Positions 9,506 through 18,068 of a DNA stretch of 64,000 bases are shown here, piece after piece. The DNA is from Synechococcus sp. Its GTDB lineage: Bacteria; Cyanobacteriota; Cyanobacteriia; Thermostichales; PCC-7336. Below the pieces are notes generated by a model that saw nothing but the letters and a program-made list of their open reading frames with translations, ran no database searches and had not been told where the DNA came from. Location: positions 64,001 through 128,000 of the forward strand of contig JBFRWN010000044.1 in the NCBI GenBank assembly GCA_051439605.1, given 5' to 3'. The number at the start of each line of letters is the position of its first letter. The stretch's first letter is position 1. Made by a program: the position numbers and the translations under genes.

Positions 9506-10741
9506 CTAATCTGGTCCTGCCACCGATACTGTCGGGATGCATAAATGGCGTTCGGCCACTTGCTGCAATTCAAACGCATCCAAATTTTGGATCAATTCCG
9601 GGTACAGGCGATCGTATTCGATGCCAAGCTCCAAACTGTCGTACCAGCCTAATAGTTGAGCTAGTTGTCCGTTCGTTTGCTTAGACAGGGCATATTGTCC
9701 CAATATTTTTCCTTTTGCTAACTGCAATTCGTCCTCTGTGAGGGGTTTATCCAACAAGCGAGTAATTTCTTGTTGCAGCCCCGCCAATGCCTGCTCGGCA
9801 GTGTCAGGGGCGGTCCCGATGTAAGCCGTAAAAGGTCCTGCATAGCGGCGCGGACTGTAGGATGCGGACACTTCGTAGGCCAATCCCTGTTTCTCTCGCA
9901 ACTGGACAAAGAGTCGGCTGGAGAGCCCACCCCCTAAATGAACGGCCAGTAACTTGAGGGCAACCCAGTCAGTAGAGTAAACCGAAGGAGCTCGAAATCC
10001 AATAATGATAATCGTTTGCTGCGTAGGCTGTTGGTTTCGCAGGGTATTCGCCCCAACCAGGGTGGGAAACTCGGGCAGATGAGGGGGGTGAGCTGGGATA
10101 GGAGCTATCCAGTCCCCCAGCGCATCCTTCACAAGTTGCTCTGCGGCGGTTGGGGAAATGCGACCGCAAATGGCAAGGGTTAACTGTTCGGGGCGGAGGC
10201 AATTGCAGTGGAACTCTCTCAGATCCCCCCGAGTCATGGCAGTTACCGATTCAGTGGTGCCAGCCAAAGAGTATCCGTAGGGGTGCTCCCCAAATAGGGT
10301 CTTGCGCAGTGGAGCAAAGGCCACCGAAAAGGGGCGCTCCTGCTGACTGCGAATAGATTGAACGACCAGCTGCTGTTCTCGGTCCACCTCCGATTGTGGA
10401 AATGTTGGGTTGCGAATAATATCGCTGGCTAGGTGAAACAAATGGGCGAAATCCCCTGCAATTGATTTCAGATGCAAAGAGAGGTAGTCCGGGGCACATT
10501 CTGCCCCTAACAATGCCCCCATTGATTCCACTTCTTCGGCAATTTTCTCTGCGTTTCGGCTAGTGGTTCCCTTCGTCAGTACCGACGCCATCAAATTGGC
10601 CAGTCCAGCTTGAGCAGCCCCCACAGCCGAGGCTCCCCCCCTCCAAAAAAACTGGGCAGAAATAATATCGGCTACCGGATTTTCAATCACCAGCAGACGG
10701 ATTCCATTCTTGAGTTGGATGCGATAGATCGGGGGATTCAC
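9506..10741 (-). CDS. M16 family peptidase, non-catalytic partner subunit
   Basis: M16 fold with SRLFVQLREKQGLAY and no HxxEH motif. Lies downstream of the catalytic paralog. Confidence 0.85.
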   Translation of the reverse strand: MNPPIYRIQLKNGIRLLVIENPVADIISAQFFWRGGASAVGAAQAGLANLMASVLTKGTTSRNAEKIAEEVESMGALLGAECAPDYLSLHLKSIAGDFAHLFHLASDIIRNPTFPQSEVDREQQLVVQSIRSQQERPFSVAFAPLRKTLFGEHPYGYSLAGTTESVTAMTRGDLREFHCNCLRPEQLTLAICGRISPTAAEQLVKDALGDWIAPIPAHPPHLPEFPTLVGANTLRNQQPTQQTIIIIGFRAPSVYSTDWVALKLLAVHLGGGLSSRLFVQLREKQGLAYEVSASYSPRRYAGPFTAYIGTAPDTAEQALAGLQQEITRLLDKPLTEDELQLAKGKILGQYALSKQTNGQLAQLLGWYDSLELGIEYDRLYPELIQNLDAFELQQVAERHLCIPTVSVAGPD

Positions 10742-10854
10742 AGTATTAAGAGTGGAATGAGTGCAAAATCAACGTTACAAAACATAGAGATGGGGCAGAG
10801 CTTGCCCCGCTTATCGATACAAACCTGAGGGGTCACAATTAACCAATCCTTGAG

Positions 10855-12138
10855 TCAGGAAATTTGACCGCAACTAGCAGTTTCCTCGGGCTTGAGGACA
10901 GCAGTACAGAAGCGATCGAGGCGTAAATAGGTTTGGGCCAACTTCTTCAGTTGAACGGTCGTAACATTCTGGATGCCTTCTAGATAGCGATCGGCTAAAT
11001 TCAACCCACCACAAAGATGGTAGAAACCATACATGCGGGCTAACTGACTGGGTGATTCGGCAGAGAACACAAACTCGTTGGTCAAGATGCTGCGCACCCG
11101 ACTCAATTCTTCTTCTGAGATAAGTTCGTTGTGAAATCGCTCAACTTCTGCCAGGATCTCAGCTTCCACTAGTTCTAGTTTGTCAGCATCTAAATAAGTA
11201 CTGACATAGAACAGACCGGAGTCAAACTGCACTACGGAAGACGCACCAATATCCCTTACCAAACCCTTATCTTCCCGAAGGGACTTCACCAATCGTGATG
11301 CCCGGCCATCCCCCAGTACAGCGGCCAGCATATCGAGCCCACAGGCAACATCCCACTGCTTCTGGCTTACCCCTGGCCAAGCTAAGATCGCTCGGGTTTG
11401 CTCGAGCCTGGGTTGAGCATGCTCTACCCGCTGGACACCGTCTATTCCACTGCAGGATTTGATGACTGGCAGCGACACCTCGCAGGGATAGTTCGACAGA
11501 TGTCCGAAATGGGTTTCTACCAATTTCTGAGCTGAATCTAGCTGAAAATTGCCTGCCAGCACCACTGTCATGCGCTCGGGGCAATACCAACTGCGGTGAT
11601 AGCTCCTCATTTGCTCTGGAGTCAGGGCCATGAGGCTGTCCTCGGTGCCCAACACCGGTCGAGAGTATGGGTGATCGGGGTAGGCTGCCTTGGCCAGCAG
11701 GTAATACGCACAATAATCAGGACTATCCTGCGATCGACGGATTTCTTCTAAGACCACCCGTCGTTCTAATTTAAATTCATCATCGGGGATGGATGCTTGG
11801 GTCACCGCTTCGGCTAAATAGGGAAGCGATTCGGCTAAATCGTCTGCGGCCACCGTGATGTAGAAGTGAGTGTAGTCTTGGCTGGTTGCCGCGTTAGCAA
11901 TCCCACCCCGACGTTCAATCGCTAGGTCCAGCTCTCCAGGCTTAAGGCGTTCTGTTCCCTTAAACACCATGTGCTCTAGGAAATGAGAAACCCCCAGCAG
12001 TTCCGGCGGTTCCAGCCGACCTCCCACTTCAATCCAGATATCAACGGTGACGACGTCTGTCGCTACCATGGGGTGATAAATTGCTGTCAGTCCGTTACCT
12101 AATTGCTCTGTTGTGGCAGCGGAAACAATGGAATTCAA
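10855..12138 (-). CDS. M16 family zinc peptidase, catalytic subunit
   Basis: HFLEHMVFKGT (HxxEH), NAATSQDYTHF, ERRVVLEE. Confidence 0.9.
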   Translation of the reverse strand: MNSIVSAATTEQLGNGLTAIYHPMVATDVVTVDIWIEVGGRLEPPELLGVSHFLEHMVFKGTERLKPGELDLAIERRGGIANAATSQDYTHFYITVAADDLAESLPYLAEAVTQASIPDDEFKLERRVVLEEIRRSQDSPDYCAYYLLAKAAYPDHPYSRPVLGTEDSLMALTPEQMRSYHRSWYCPERMTVVLAGNFQLDSAQKLVETHFGHLSNYPCEVSLPVIKSCSGIDGVQRVEHAQPRLEQTRAILAWPGVSQKQWDVACGLDMLAAVLGDGRASRLVKSLREDKGLVRDIGASSVVQFDSGLFYVSTYLDADKLELVEAEILAEVERFHNELISEEELSRVRSILTNEFVFSAESPSQLARMYGFYHLCGGLNLADRYLEGIQNVTTVQLKKLAQTYLRLDRFCTAVLKPEETASCGQIS

Positions 12139-12325
12139 GATAGGGGACTCGATAGTGGTGCCAGTTACCCAGCTTGTATAAGCAAAATAACTTAATCGCA
12201 GTAAAGCCTAACATAGGCTTGTTTTTATAAATTCATGCAAAAAATCAAAGATTTTGCTACGCGAGAGCACTGGCATGATACCTAACTTGGAGGCTCTATC
12301 GACTAGAAATCCTCGATCATAGGAA

Positions 12326-12350
12326 GAGACTGCTTTACTGAGGCAGTCTC
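12326..12350 (-). terminator. Hairpin downstream of the DUF1815 gene, possible terminator
   Basis: Stem GAGACTGC/GCAGTCTC. The U-tract is weak. Confidence 0.35.
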
Positions 12351-12451
12351 CTCATCCAAGTGAATCGAACCCGGACAGAATTTTTTTCTTGGCTTGCGGT
12401 CAATAGTACGAAGATCTAGAGAACGGTGACATTGGAACGCCGTCGCAATAT

Positions 12452-12784
12452 TTACACTCCGACTTTTTCGGCCCCGGTAACCGCTATTTCTTTGATCAAA
12501 TCTGCCAATTCCTGCAGCTGTTCGATCGCCTCTCCACCTTCCAGCTTCATTAATTCGCGATCGTCACGCATCTCTGTCCAACTGGTGGCACACTCGGAGA
12601 CCAAAAAACGCACCAAGTGGCCTTCCTGCAAACTCACCAAAAAAGAAGCACTTTCGAAATCGTCTCCGCAGGTGTAGCAGGAAGCAATATAGCCATGCCG
12701 TTCCAGCACAATCGCTAGAGCTTGGAGGTTCATAATTAGGTCGCGAACAAATTCACGGTGCTGCTGGGCGAGTCTAGTGAACAT
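12452..12784 (-). CDS. DUF1815 family cyanobacterial protein
   Basis: MFTRLAQQHREFVRDL...ASCYTCG...SWTEMRDDRELMKLEG matches the recalled family. The ATG at 12784 is preferred. Confidence 0.8.
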   Translation of the reverse strand: MFTRLAQQHREFVRDLIMNLQALAIVLERHGYIASCYTCGDDFESASFLVSLQEGHLVRFLVSECATSWTEMRDDRELMKLEGGEAIEQLQELADLIKEIAVTGAEKVGV

Positions 12785-13169
12785 GTCACTTCTCCATTTG
12801 TGGCAAGAGGATGCAACTGCAATTGCGACTGTGGGCCACGTACCGACGAACGATGCGTCCACTCAATCTAACAAAACTTTAACTTATGTAAAGTACCCTG
12901 GTCCTGCCAATTAGGTAAGGTTCTGCAATTGAGAAACCAATATAGGTAAGCTGTTCTGATGTGAATGTTCGCAGCGAACATCTTGACGGGGTTTTCGGTA
13001 ATGTTCACAAATCTCTAATCATCGGAACCTTTTCTTGTTGTGATTTGAAGCAAGAGGTAGGACTCTTTCGGTTGGCGAACCCATCAGCTACGGTACCCTT
13101 GCGACTGGACGTATCTTACAAACTCAGCTCTGTTGGTAGTCTAGAAGCCTGCAATCCCTTTGCCATCCT

Positions 13170-14333
13170 ATGTCCGCAGTCAAAACCCGAACGATCGCCG
13201 AAATTAACAAAAAGATCGCAAATGGAACCGTTACTGTTCTGACCGCGCAGGAATTAAAACAGCTTGTGGTAAATGTGGGAATAGCCGAAGCCTTTCAGCA
13301 GGTGGATGCGATCGCCACCGGTACCTTCGAACCCATGGATTCCTCCGGTGCCATCCTCAACGTGGGCCATTCCGACCCCCCGATCAAAATCGCCCGCGCA
13401 ACAATCCACAACGTGCCAGCCTACGCAGGCTTCGGAGCTGTCGACCTCTATCTCGGAGCAGCCCAACCCTCCGAACGCGGAGATGAAAAATACGGTGGCG
13501 GCCACGCGATCGCCGACCTAATCGCCGGAAAATCACTCCAACTGCATGCCATCGGCCACGTCACCGACTGTTACCCCAAAGCCGAACTCGACACGCACAT
13601 AAACAAGGAAAGACTCAACCAATTTTATTTGTTCAACCCCCGCAATGCCTATCAAAATTTTATTGTTGGAGTCAACGGTGGCGATCGCCCTCTCTACACC
13701 TACTTAGGCCCCTTGCAACCCCGTCTAGGCAACGCCGTCTACTCCAATCCCGGGTCCCTCTCTCCCCTGCTTAACGACCCTGAGCTGAAGGCTGTAGGTA
13801 TTGGCACTCGCATCTTCTTAGGGGGCGCCCAAGGCTACATCGCCTGGGAAGGCACGCAACATTTTCCAAACCAGAAGCGCTTGCCCAACCGAACCCCCGT
13901 CGGCCCGGCTGCCACCCTTGCCCTGATCGGCGATGCCAAACAAATGAGCGAGCAATGGGTCAGAGGCTGCTACTTCAAAGGCTACGGCCCCTCCCTCATG
14001 TTGGGGGTTGGCATTCCCATCCCAGTTCTGAATGAGGAGGTAATGGAGCGAGCCGCGGTGACTGACAGCGACCTGGTGGCCCCCGTGATCGACTTCTCCA
14101 TTCCCCGTAGGGTGCGCCCCAGCTTCGGCATGGTCAGTTACGAACAGCTCAAATCGGGCAAGCTCACTCTCAACGGTCAATCGGTACGGGTAGCTCCACT
14201 GGCAAGTATGCGCATGTCTCTAGCCGTAGCAGAGACACTGCGGGATGAAATTCGAGCGGGGCGATTTACCCTCACCAACCCAGTCGCTCCTTTGCCCAGC
14301 GATCGCCCCTTCTTCCCGTTACAAGAGTCCTAA
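13170..14333 (+). CDS. DUF39 'homocysteine biosynthesis' family protein (no CBS domains)
   Basis: RTIAEINKKI, TGTFEPMDSSGA, VDLYLGA, YGGGH, TDCYP, FNPRNAYQN, GIGTRIFLGG. Confidence 0.8.
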   Translation: MSAVKTRTIAEINKKIANGTVTVLTAQELKQLVVNVGIAEAFQQVDAIATGTFEPMDSSGAILNVGHSDPPIKIARATIHNVPAYAGFGAVDLYLGAAQPSERGDEKYGGGHAIADLIAGKSLQLHAIGHVTDCYPKAELDTHINKERLNQFYLFNPRNAYQNFIVGVNGGDRPLYTYLGPLQPRLGNAVYSNPGSLSPLLNDPELKAVGIGTRIFLGGAQGYIAWEGTQHFPNQKRLPNRTPVGPAATLALIGDAKQMSEQWVRGCYFKGYGPSLMLGVGIPIPVLNEEVMERAAVTDSDLVAPVIDFSIPRRVRPSFGMVSYEQLKSGKLTLNGQSVRVAPLASMRMSLAVAETLRDEIRAGRFTLTNPVAPLPSDRPFFPLQES

Positions 14334-14454
14334 TTTCTCGACTCTAAAAAGTTTTGGGGGACTCAACTCCTACCGTGACGGCAGTTACTACAACTAAAAC
14401 AGCGGGATTTCTGTTGGCTAGCGCTCAATCGCGATTGTTATCTTTGCAGGCTTT

Positions 14455-14612
14455 TGCTATCTCAAACCTAGTCGGCCCGGCGAAAGTTTATCTCAATCCT
14501 CAGGGGACTAGCGTGGAGGGTTCCAAGGGACGCGCTACGTCCCTTGGTCGCGGGAGCGCGAGGGGGGGCGACCGCTCCCTCGCAAGCAAGCGGTTCTAAT
14601 TTGAAACAAGCA
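14455..14612. repeat. MITE-like or small dispersed repeat with two GC-rich hairpins
   Basis: Perfect stem CCAAGGGACG/CGTCCCTTGG (14523-14547), second stem GCGAGGG/CCCTCGC (14558-14583), imperfect inverted ends at 14455-14471 and 14596-14612. Confidence 0.45.
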
Positions 14613-14741
14613 CAGCGGATTTTGTATCAGTTAGAGCTATATCCTTGCCCATTCAGGCACCTGGAGCCCCGAGATGTTCTTAGCAACTTGACAATCCCAG
14701 TACCGTTAACTCGATCCATCCAATTCATCGCGACCAGCGGC

Positions 14742-16034
14742 ATGTCTCTAATTCCTCCCCAAAAACTATTACGGGCCTTATTCGATGCGGCAGTCACCGC
14801 CGCCTTACCCGCCCACAAAATTCCCCGATATCTACCCGAGCCCCCCAAAGGACGCACGGTTGTAGTGGGGGGCGGCAAATCTGCTGCGGCAATGGCCAAA
14901 GCAGTAGAGGACGCTTGGCCAGCGGACTTAGAAGGGCTAGTTGTCACCCGTTACGGTCATAGGGTACCTACCCAGCGTATTGAGGTGATTGAGGCGGGAC
15001 ATCCAGTACCGGACCTGAACGGTCTACTGGGGGCTCAACGTATCCTCAAGCGGGTCCAGGCCCTCACTGCAAACGATCTGGTTATCTGTCTAATTTCTGG
15101 AGGAGGGTCTGCATTGCTGACCTTGCCTCCTGATGAACTTTCTCTAGAAGAACTGGCGTCAATCAATCGCCATCTATTGCGATCGGGGGCAGCGATCTCC
15201 GAGATGAATGCAGTTCGTAAATCCCTCTCACAAATTTCGGGGGGGCGATTGGCAGCGGCGGCTTATCCCGCCAAAGTCTTGGCACTCATTATCTCAGATG
15301 TCCCCGGTGACGATCTCGCTTCCATTGCTTCTGGGCCAACCGTCGGCGATGCCGTCACTGCCCAGCTGGCTCTGCAAATTCTCCAGAAGTACCGCATCGA
15401 AATGTCCGACACTGTCAGTGATTACCTAACCCGCAATCCCAGCCCCGTCGTTTCCCCCGACGATCTCCGCTTATCCAGCACTACCAATCACCTGATTGCC
15501 ACCCCCCAGCAGTCGCTAGAAGCCGCCGCCGCACTGGCCATAGATTCCGGCTACACCCCCATCATCTTGGGGGACTCGCTAGAGGGGGAGGCCCGTGAGG
15601 TCGGAATAGTCCATGCAAGAATTGCCCAACAAGTGTTGCGTCATCAGCAACCTGTCAAGTCCCCCTGTGTCATTCTCTCTGGCGGAGAAACCACCGTCAC
15701 CATCGGCAGTGAAGAAAAACAGGGGGGCGGAAGAGGGGGGCGCAATAGTGAATTTTTGCTGTCGTTAGCCTGTGCGCTCGAAGGAGAAGCGGGGATATAC
15801 GCGATCGCCTGCGATACTGATGGCATTGATGGCAGCGAAGACAATGCGGGTGCAATCATCAACCCCGAGACCCTTGCGGTTGGCAGAGAGAGAGGCTACC
15901 AAGCTTTGGAATATCTGCACGATCACAATGCCTACGAATTTTTTGAGGCAGTCGATGCCCTAGTCATCACAGGTCCAACATTAACTAACGTGAATGATTT
16001 CCGAGCAATCGCGATCGTTCCGCAAGAACCATAA
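14742..16034 (+). CDS. Glycerate kinase, class II (MOFRL/TtuD type)
   Basis: GGGKSAAAMA, EAGHPVPD, LISGGGSAL, ISDVPGDD, SGGETTV, GGRN, DTDGIDG, TGPTLTNVND. Likely start MSLIPP at 14742. Confidence 0.9.
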   Translation: MSLIPPQKLLRALFDAAVTAALPAHKIPRYLPEPPKGRTVVVGGGKSAAAMAKAVEDAWPADLEGLVVTRYGHRVPTQRIEVIEAGHPVPDLNGLLGAQRILKRVQALTANDLVICLISGGGSALLTLPPDELSLEELASINRHLLRSGAAISEMNAVRKSLSQISGGRLAAAAYPAKVLALIISDVPGDDLASIASGPTVGDAVTAQLALQILQKYRIEMSDTVSDYLTRNPSPVVSPDDLRLSSTTNHLIATPQQSLEAAAALAIDSGYTPIILGDSLEGEAREVGIVHARIAQQVLRHQQPVKSPCVILSGGETTVTIGSEEKQGGGRGGRNSEFLLSLACALEGEAGIYAIACDTDGIDGSEDNAGAIINPETLAVGRERGYQALEYLHDHNAYEFFEAVDALVITGPTLTNVNDFRAIAIVPQEP

Positions 16035-16076
16035 GTTATCCCCTTGCTACTCTCACGCGTTACTCCTGGTCTGTAG

Positions 16077-16104
16077 AAGCGGCCAATAATACATCAGCCG
16101 CTTT
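16077..16104 (+). terminator. Probable intrinsic terminator after glycerate kinase
   Basis: Stem AAGCGGC/GCCGCTT ending in a short T run, between convergent genes. Confidence 0.45.
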
Positions 16105-16137
16105 TGCCAAGGTTTGAAAGAGACTCTTTAAGTGAAG

Positions 16138-17457
16138 CTAGGCCGAGATTTGACCGATGGGTAATTCGTCTGATTTCGGTTCCTTAAGACTGACCTTGAC
16201 TGACAGAGTCATCATGCTAACAAAAATAACCCACATCAGACTGTTATAAGTGTTGAAATGATTTGAAGGCAGGTTGATCAACAGAAAGAACACTACAAAA
16301 AGAATCGGATAAAAATATACAAATTCTCTGGTTGATCGGGCTTTAGTAATGAACTTGAGTATTGCTAACCATAGGGTCGCGATGATGAACCCCATGCCAA
16401 CAAAACCGATGCTGAGCATCGTTTCCAGAAAGCCGTTGTGGGCAGAGAATTTTGCTGAGACACTTGAAAGCTGAATTAGGATGGCCGCTGGGCCATCTAA
16501 CCCTCCTTCCCAATAAGCTTCAAAACCATATCCAAACCAAAATCGCTGATTAATCGAATCAATTAAATAAGGCCAAAAAATCGTACGACTCGTAAAAGTG
16601 GGGTCTTCGCCAAAGAAATCTAAAAATTCAACGTAGTTTTGCGAAATTAATACTACCCCGAAAAAGAAAATGGATAATGTACCAAATACTGCAGGTATAA
16701 TCTGATGTCTCTTCCAACGGGCAATATAGACAAAAGGGATACTGGCCATTGCTACTAGTAATCCAAGAAAGGCCGTGCTAGAAACAGACAAAAACGTTAA
16801 TATTAACGACAAGCCGAACAAAGACCGATCGAAGATTCTGAGGGTATTATCCCTCAAGGTGGACACAGCAAAGAATGTCATCGTGGCTACACCCATTAGA
16901 ATGCCAAAAATATTCTTGTGGCCGAATACCCCGCGAAATGCCCCTACATGTAGCCGGACATGCTTACCTAGATCCGGCAAAGCCACAATAAAAGTTAAGC
17001 TAGCGGCGATAATGACGACAAAAGTCCATTTCAATAGATTTAGGATCTCTGGAAGGCTGTACCTCGTTGCGAGGTATATCCCGAACAGACTGGTATTAAA
17101 CAGGGCAAAGCTTCTTCTTAAGGTAATGACTGGATAGACTGACCAGAGGGTTGAGAGAATGGGTATGAGAAGCATTAACCAAACCACCCATCCCTTTGAC
17201 ACCAAAGGCTTGAACTGTTCCCGACACTTGTAAAAGTAGTAAAGGGTAATGCCATAAATAATCAATAAAAGGGGTTGCATAACTTTGTTGTAAGCGGGTT
17301 CATTGACCACCCCACTTAGCCCGCCGTCAAGAAAAACCAATCTGAAGATGGGGTCGGAGTAAACGAACATTGCAACAACTGCAAACGGCTTTTCAAGCTT
17401 TTCAGCCCAGGTAATCCCTTCTAAGTCGGATAGCGATGATGGTAATCTGGCTAGCAT
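16138..17457 (-). CDS. O-antigen ligase/polysaccharide polymerase (Wzy_C/ExoQ-like)
   Basis: Multi-pass membrane protein with RGVFGHKN, TFTSRTIFW, WFGYGFEAYW, SAHNGFLE. Likely start MLARL at 17457. Confidence 0.8.
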   Translation of the reverse strand: MLARLPSSLSDLEGITWAEKLEKPFAVVAMFVYSDPIFRLVFLDGGLSGVVNEPAYNKVMQPLLLIIYGITLYYFYKCREQFKPLVSKGWVVWLMLLIPILSTLWSVYPVITLRRSFALFNTSLFGIYLATRYSLPEILNLLKWTFVVIIAASLTFIVALPDLGKHVRLHVGAFRGVFGHKNIFGILMGVATMTFFAVSTLRDNTLRIFDRSLFGLSLILTFLSVSSTAFLGLLVAMASIPFVYIARWKRHQIIPAVFGTLSIFFFGVVLISQNYVEFLDFFGEDPTFTSRTIFWPYLIDSINQRFWFGYGFEAYWEGGLDGPAAILIQLSSVSAKFSAHNGFLETMLSIGFVGMGFIIATLWLAILKFITKARSTREFVYFYPILFVVFFLLINLPSNHFNTYNSLMWVIFVSMMTLSVKVSLKEPKSDELPIGQISA

Positions 17458-18068
17458 ATGAAAAAGTGCACCTTTGCCAATGGAGTGAAACAGATATCTA
17501 CAACACAGGAGTTCGCTCTGCAAGGCAGCTTGGATCCGGTTATTACATGAATCCTTCGCATTAGGGTGAATATAACACGAGATAACGGCGAGGATAGTCA
17601 GGAGGATGAGGGTTTGAGGCTGCACTCCAGATTCGAGTGAGAGCTAACCCTCTAAGCCCTGTCCGTAGCTATTGGCCAACTACCTTCTTCAAACCCAACG
17701 TATGGCATCTAATTTGCATCAATGAAACCTTTTTAATGCAAACGAATATGGGGAAGGTTTGAAGTTTCTCACGAGCAATGTATGCAAATCGTGGAGAGGC
17801 ATTAGAGCAAACTCTAATGTCTAGATAGAACTGCTTCTCTTTGCAGTTTATTCAGGCAACTGATGAAATGAGGACTCACTTCACCTTTTGATGACACGTG
17901 ATTTTGGTCATGCGAGGTGCCCTACGCAAGTCCTTGGCTGGTAATAGTCGTGCCTAGATCAGAAATGGAGCTGTTAGCTAAATTTCAGCTTTGGTGACCG
18001 TAACCACCGCAATTGTCAGTTAGGGAACCTTCTGCATACTATGGTTGCGCCTATTGAAACGCCAGTAC

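Noticed and set aside
12863..13169. SAM or other riboswitch upstream of the DUF39 gene
   Set aside because: No SAM riboswitch consensus elements could be identified.
14544..14741. N-terminal extension of glycerate kinase in the ORF track
   Set aside because: It runs through the hairpin element. Family-like sequence begins at ATG 14742.
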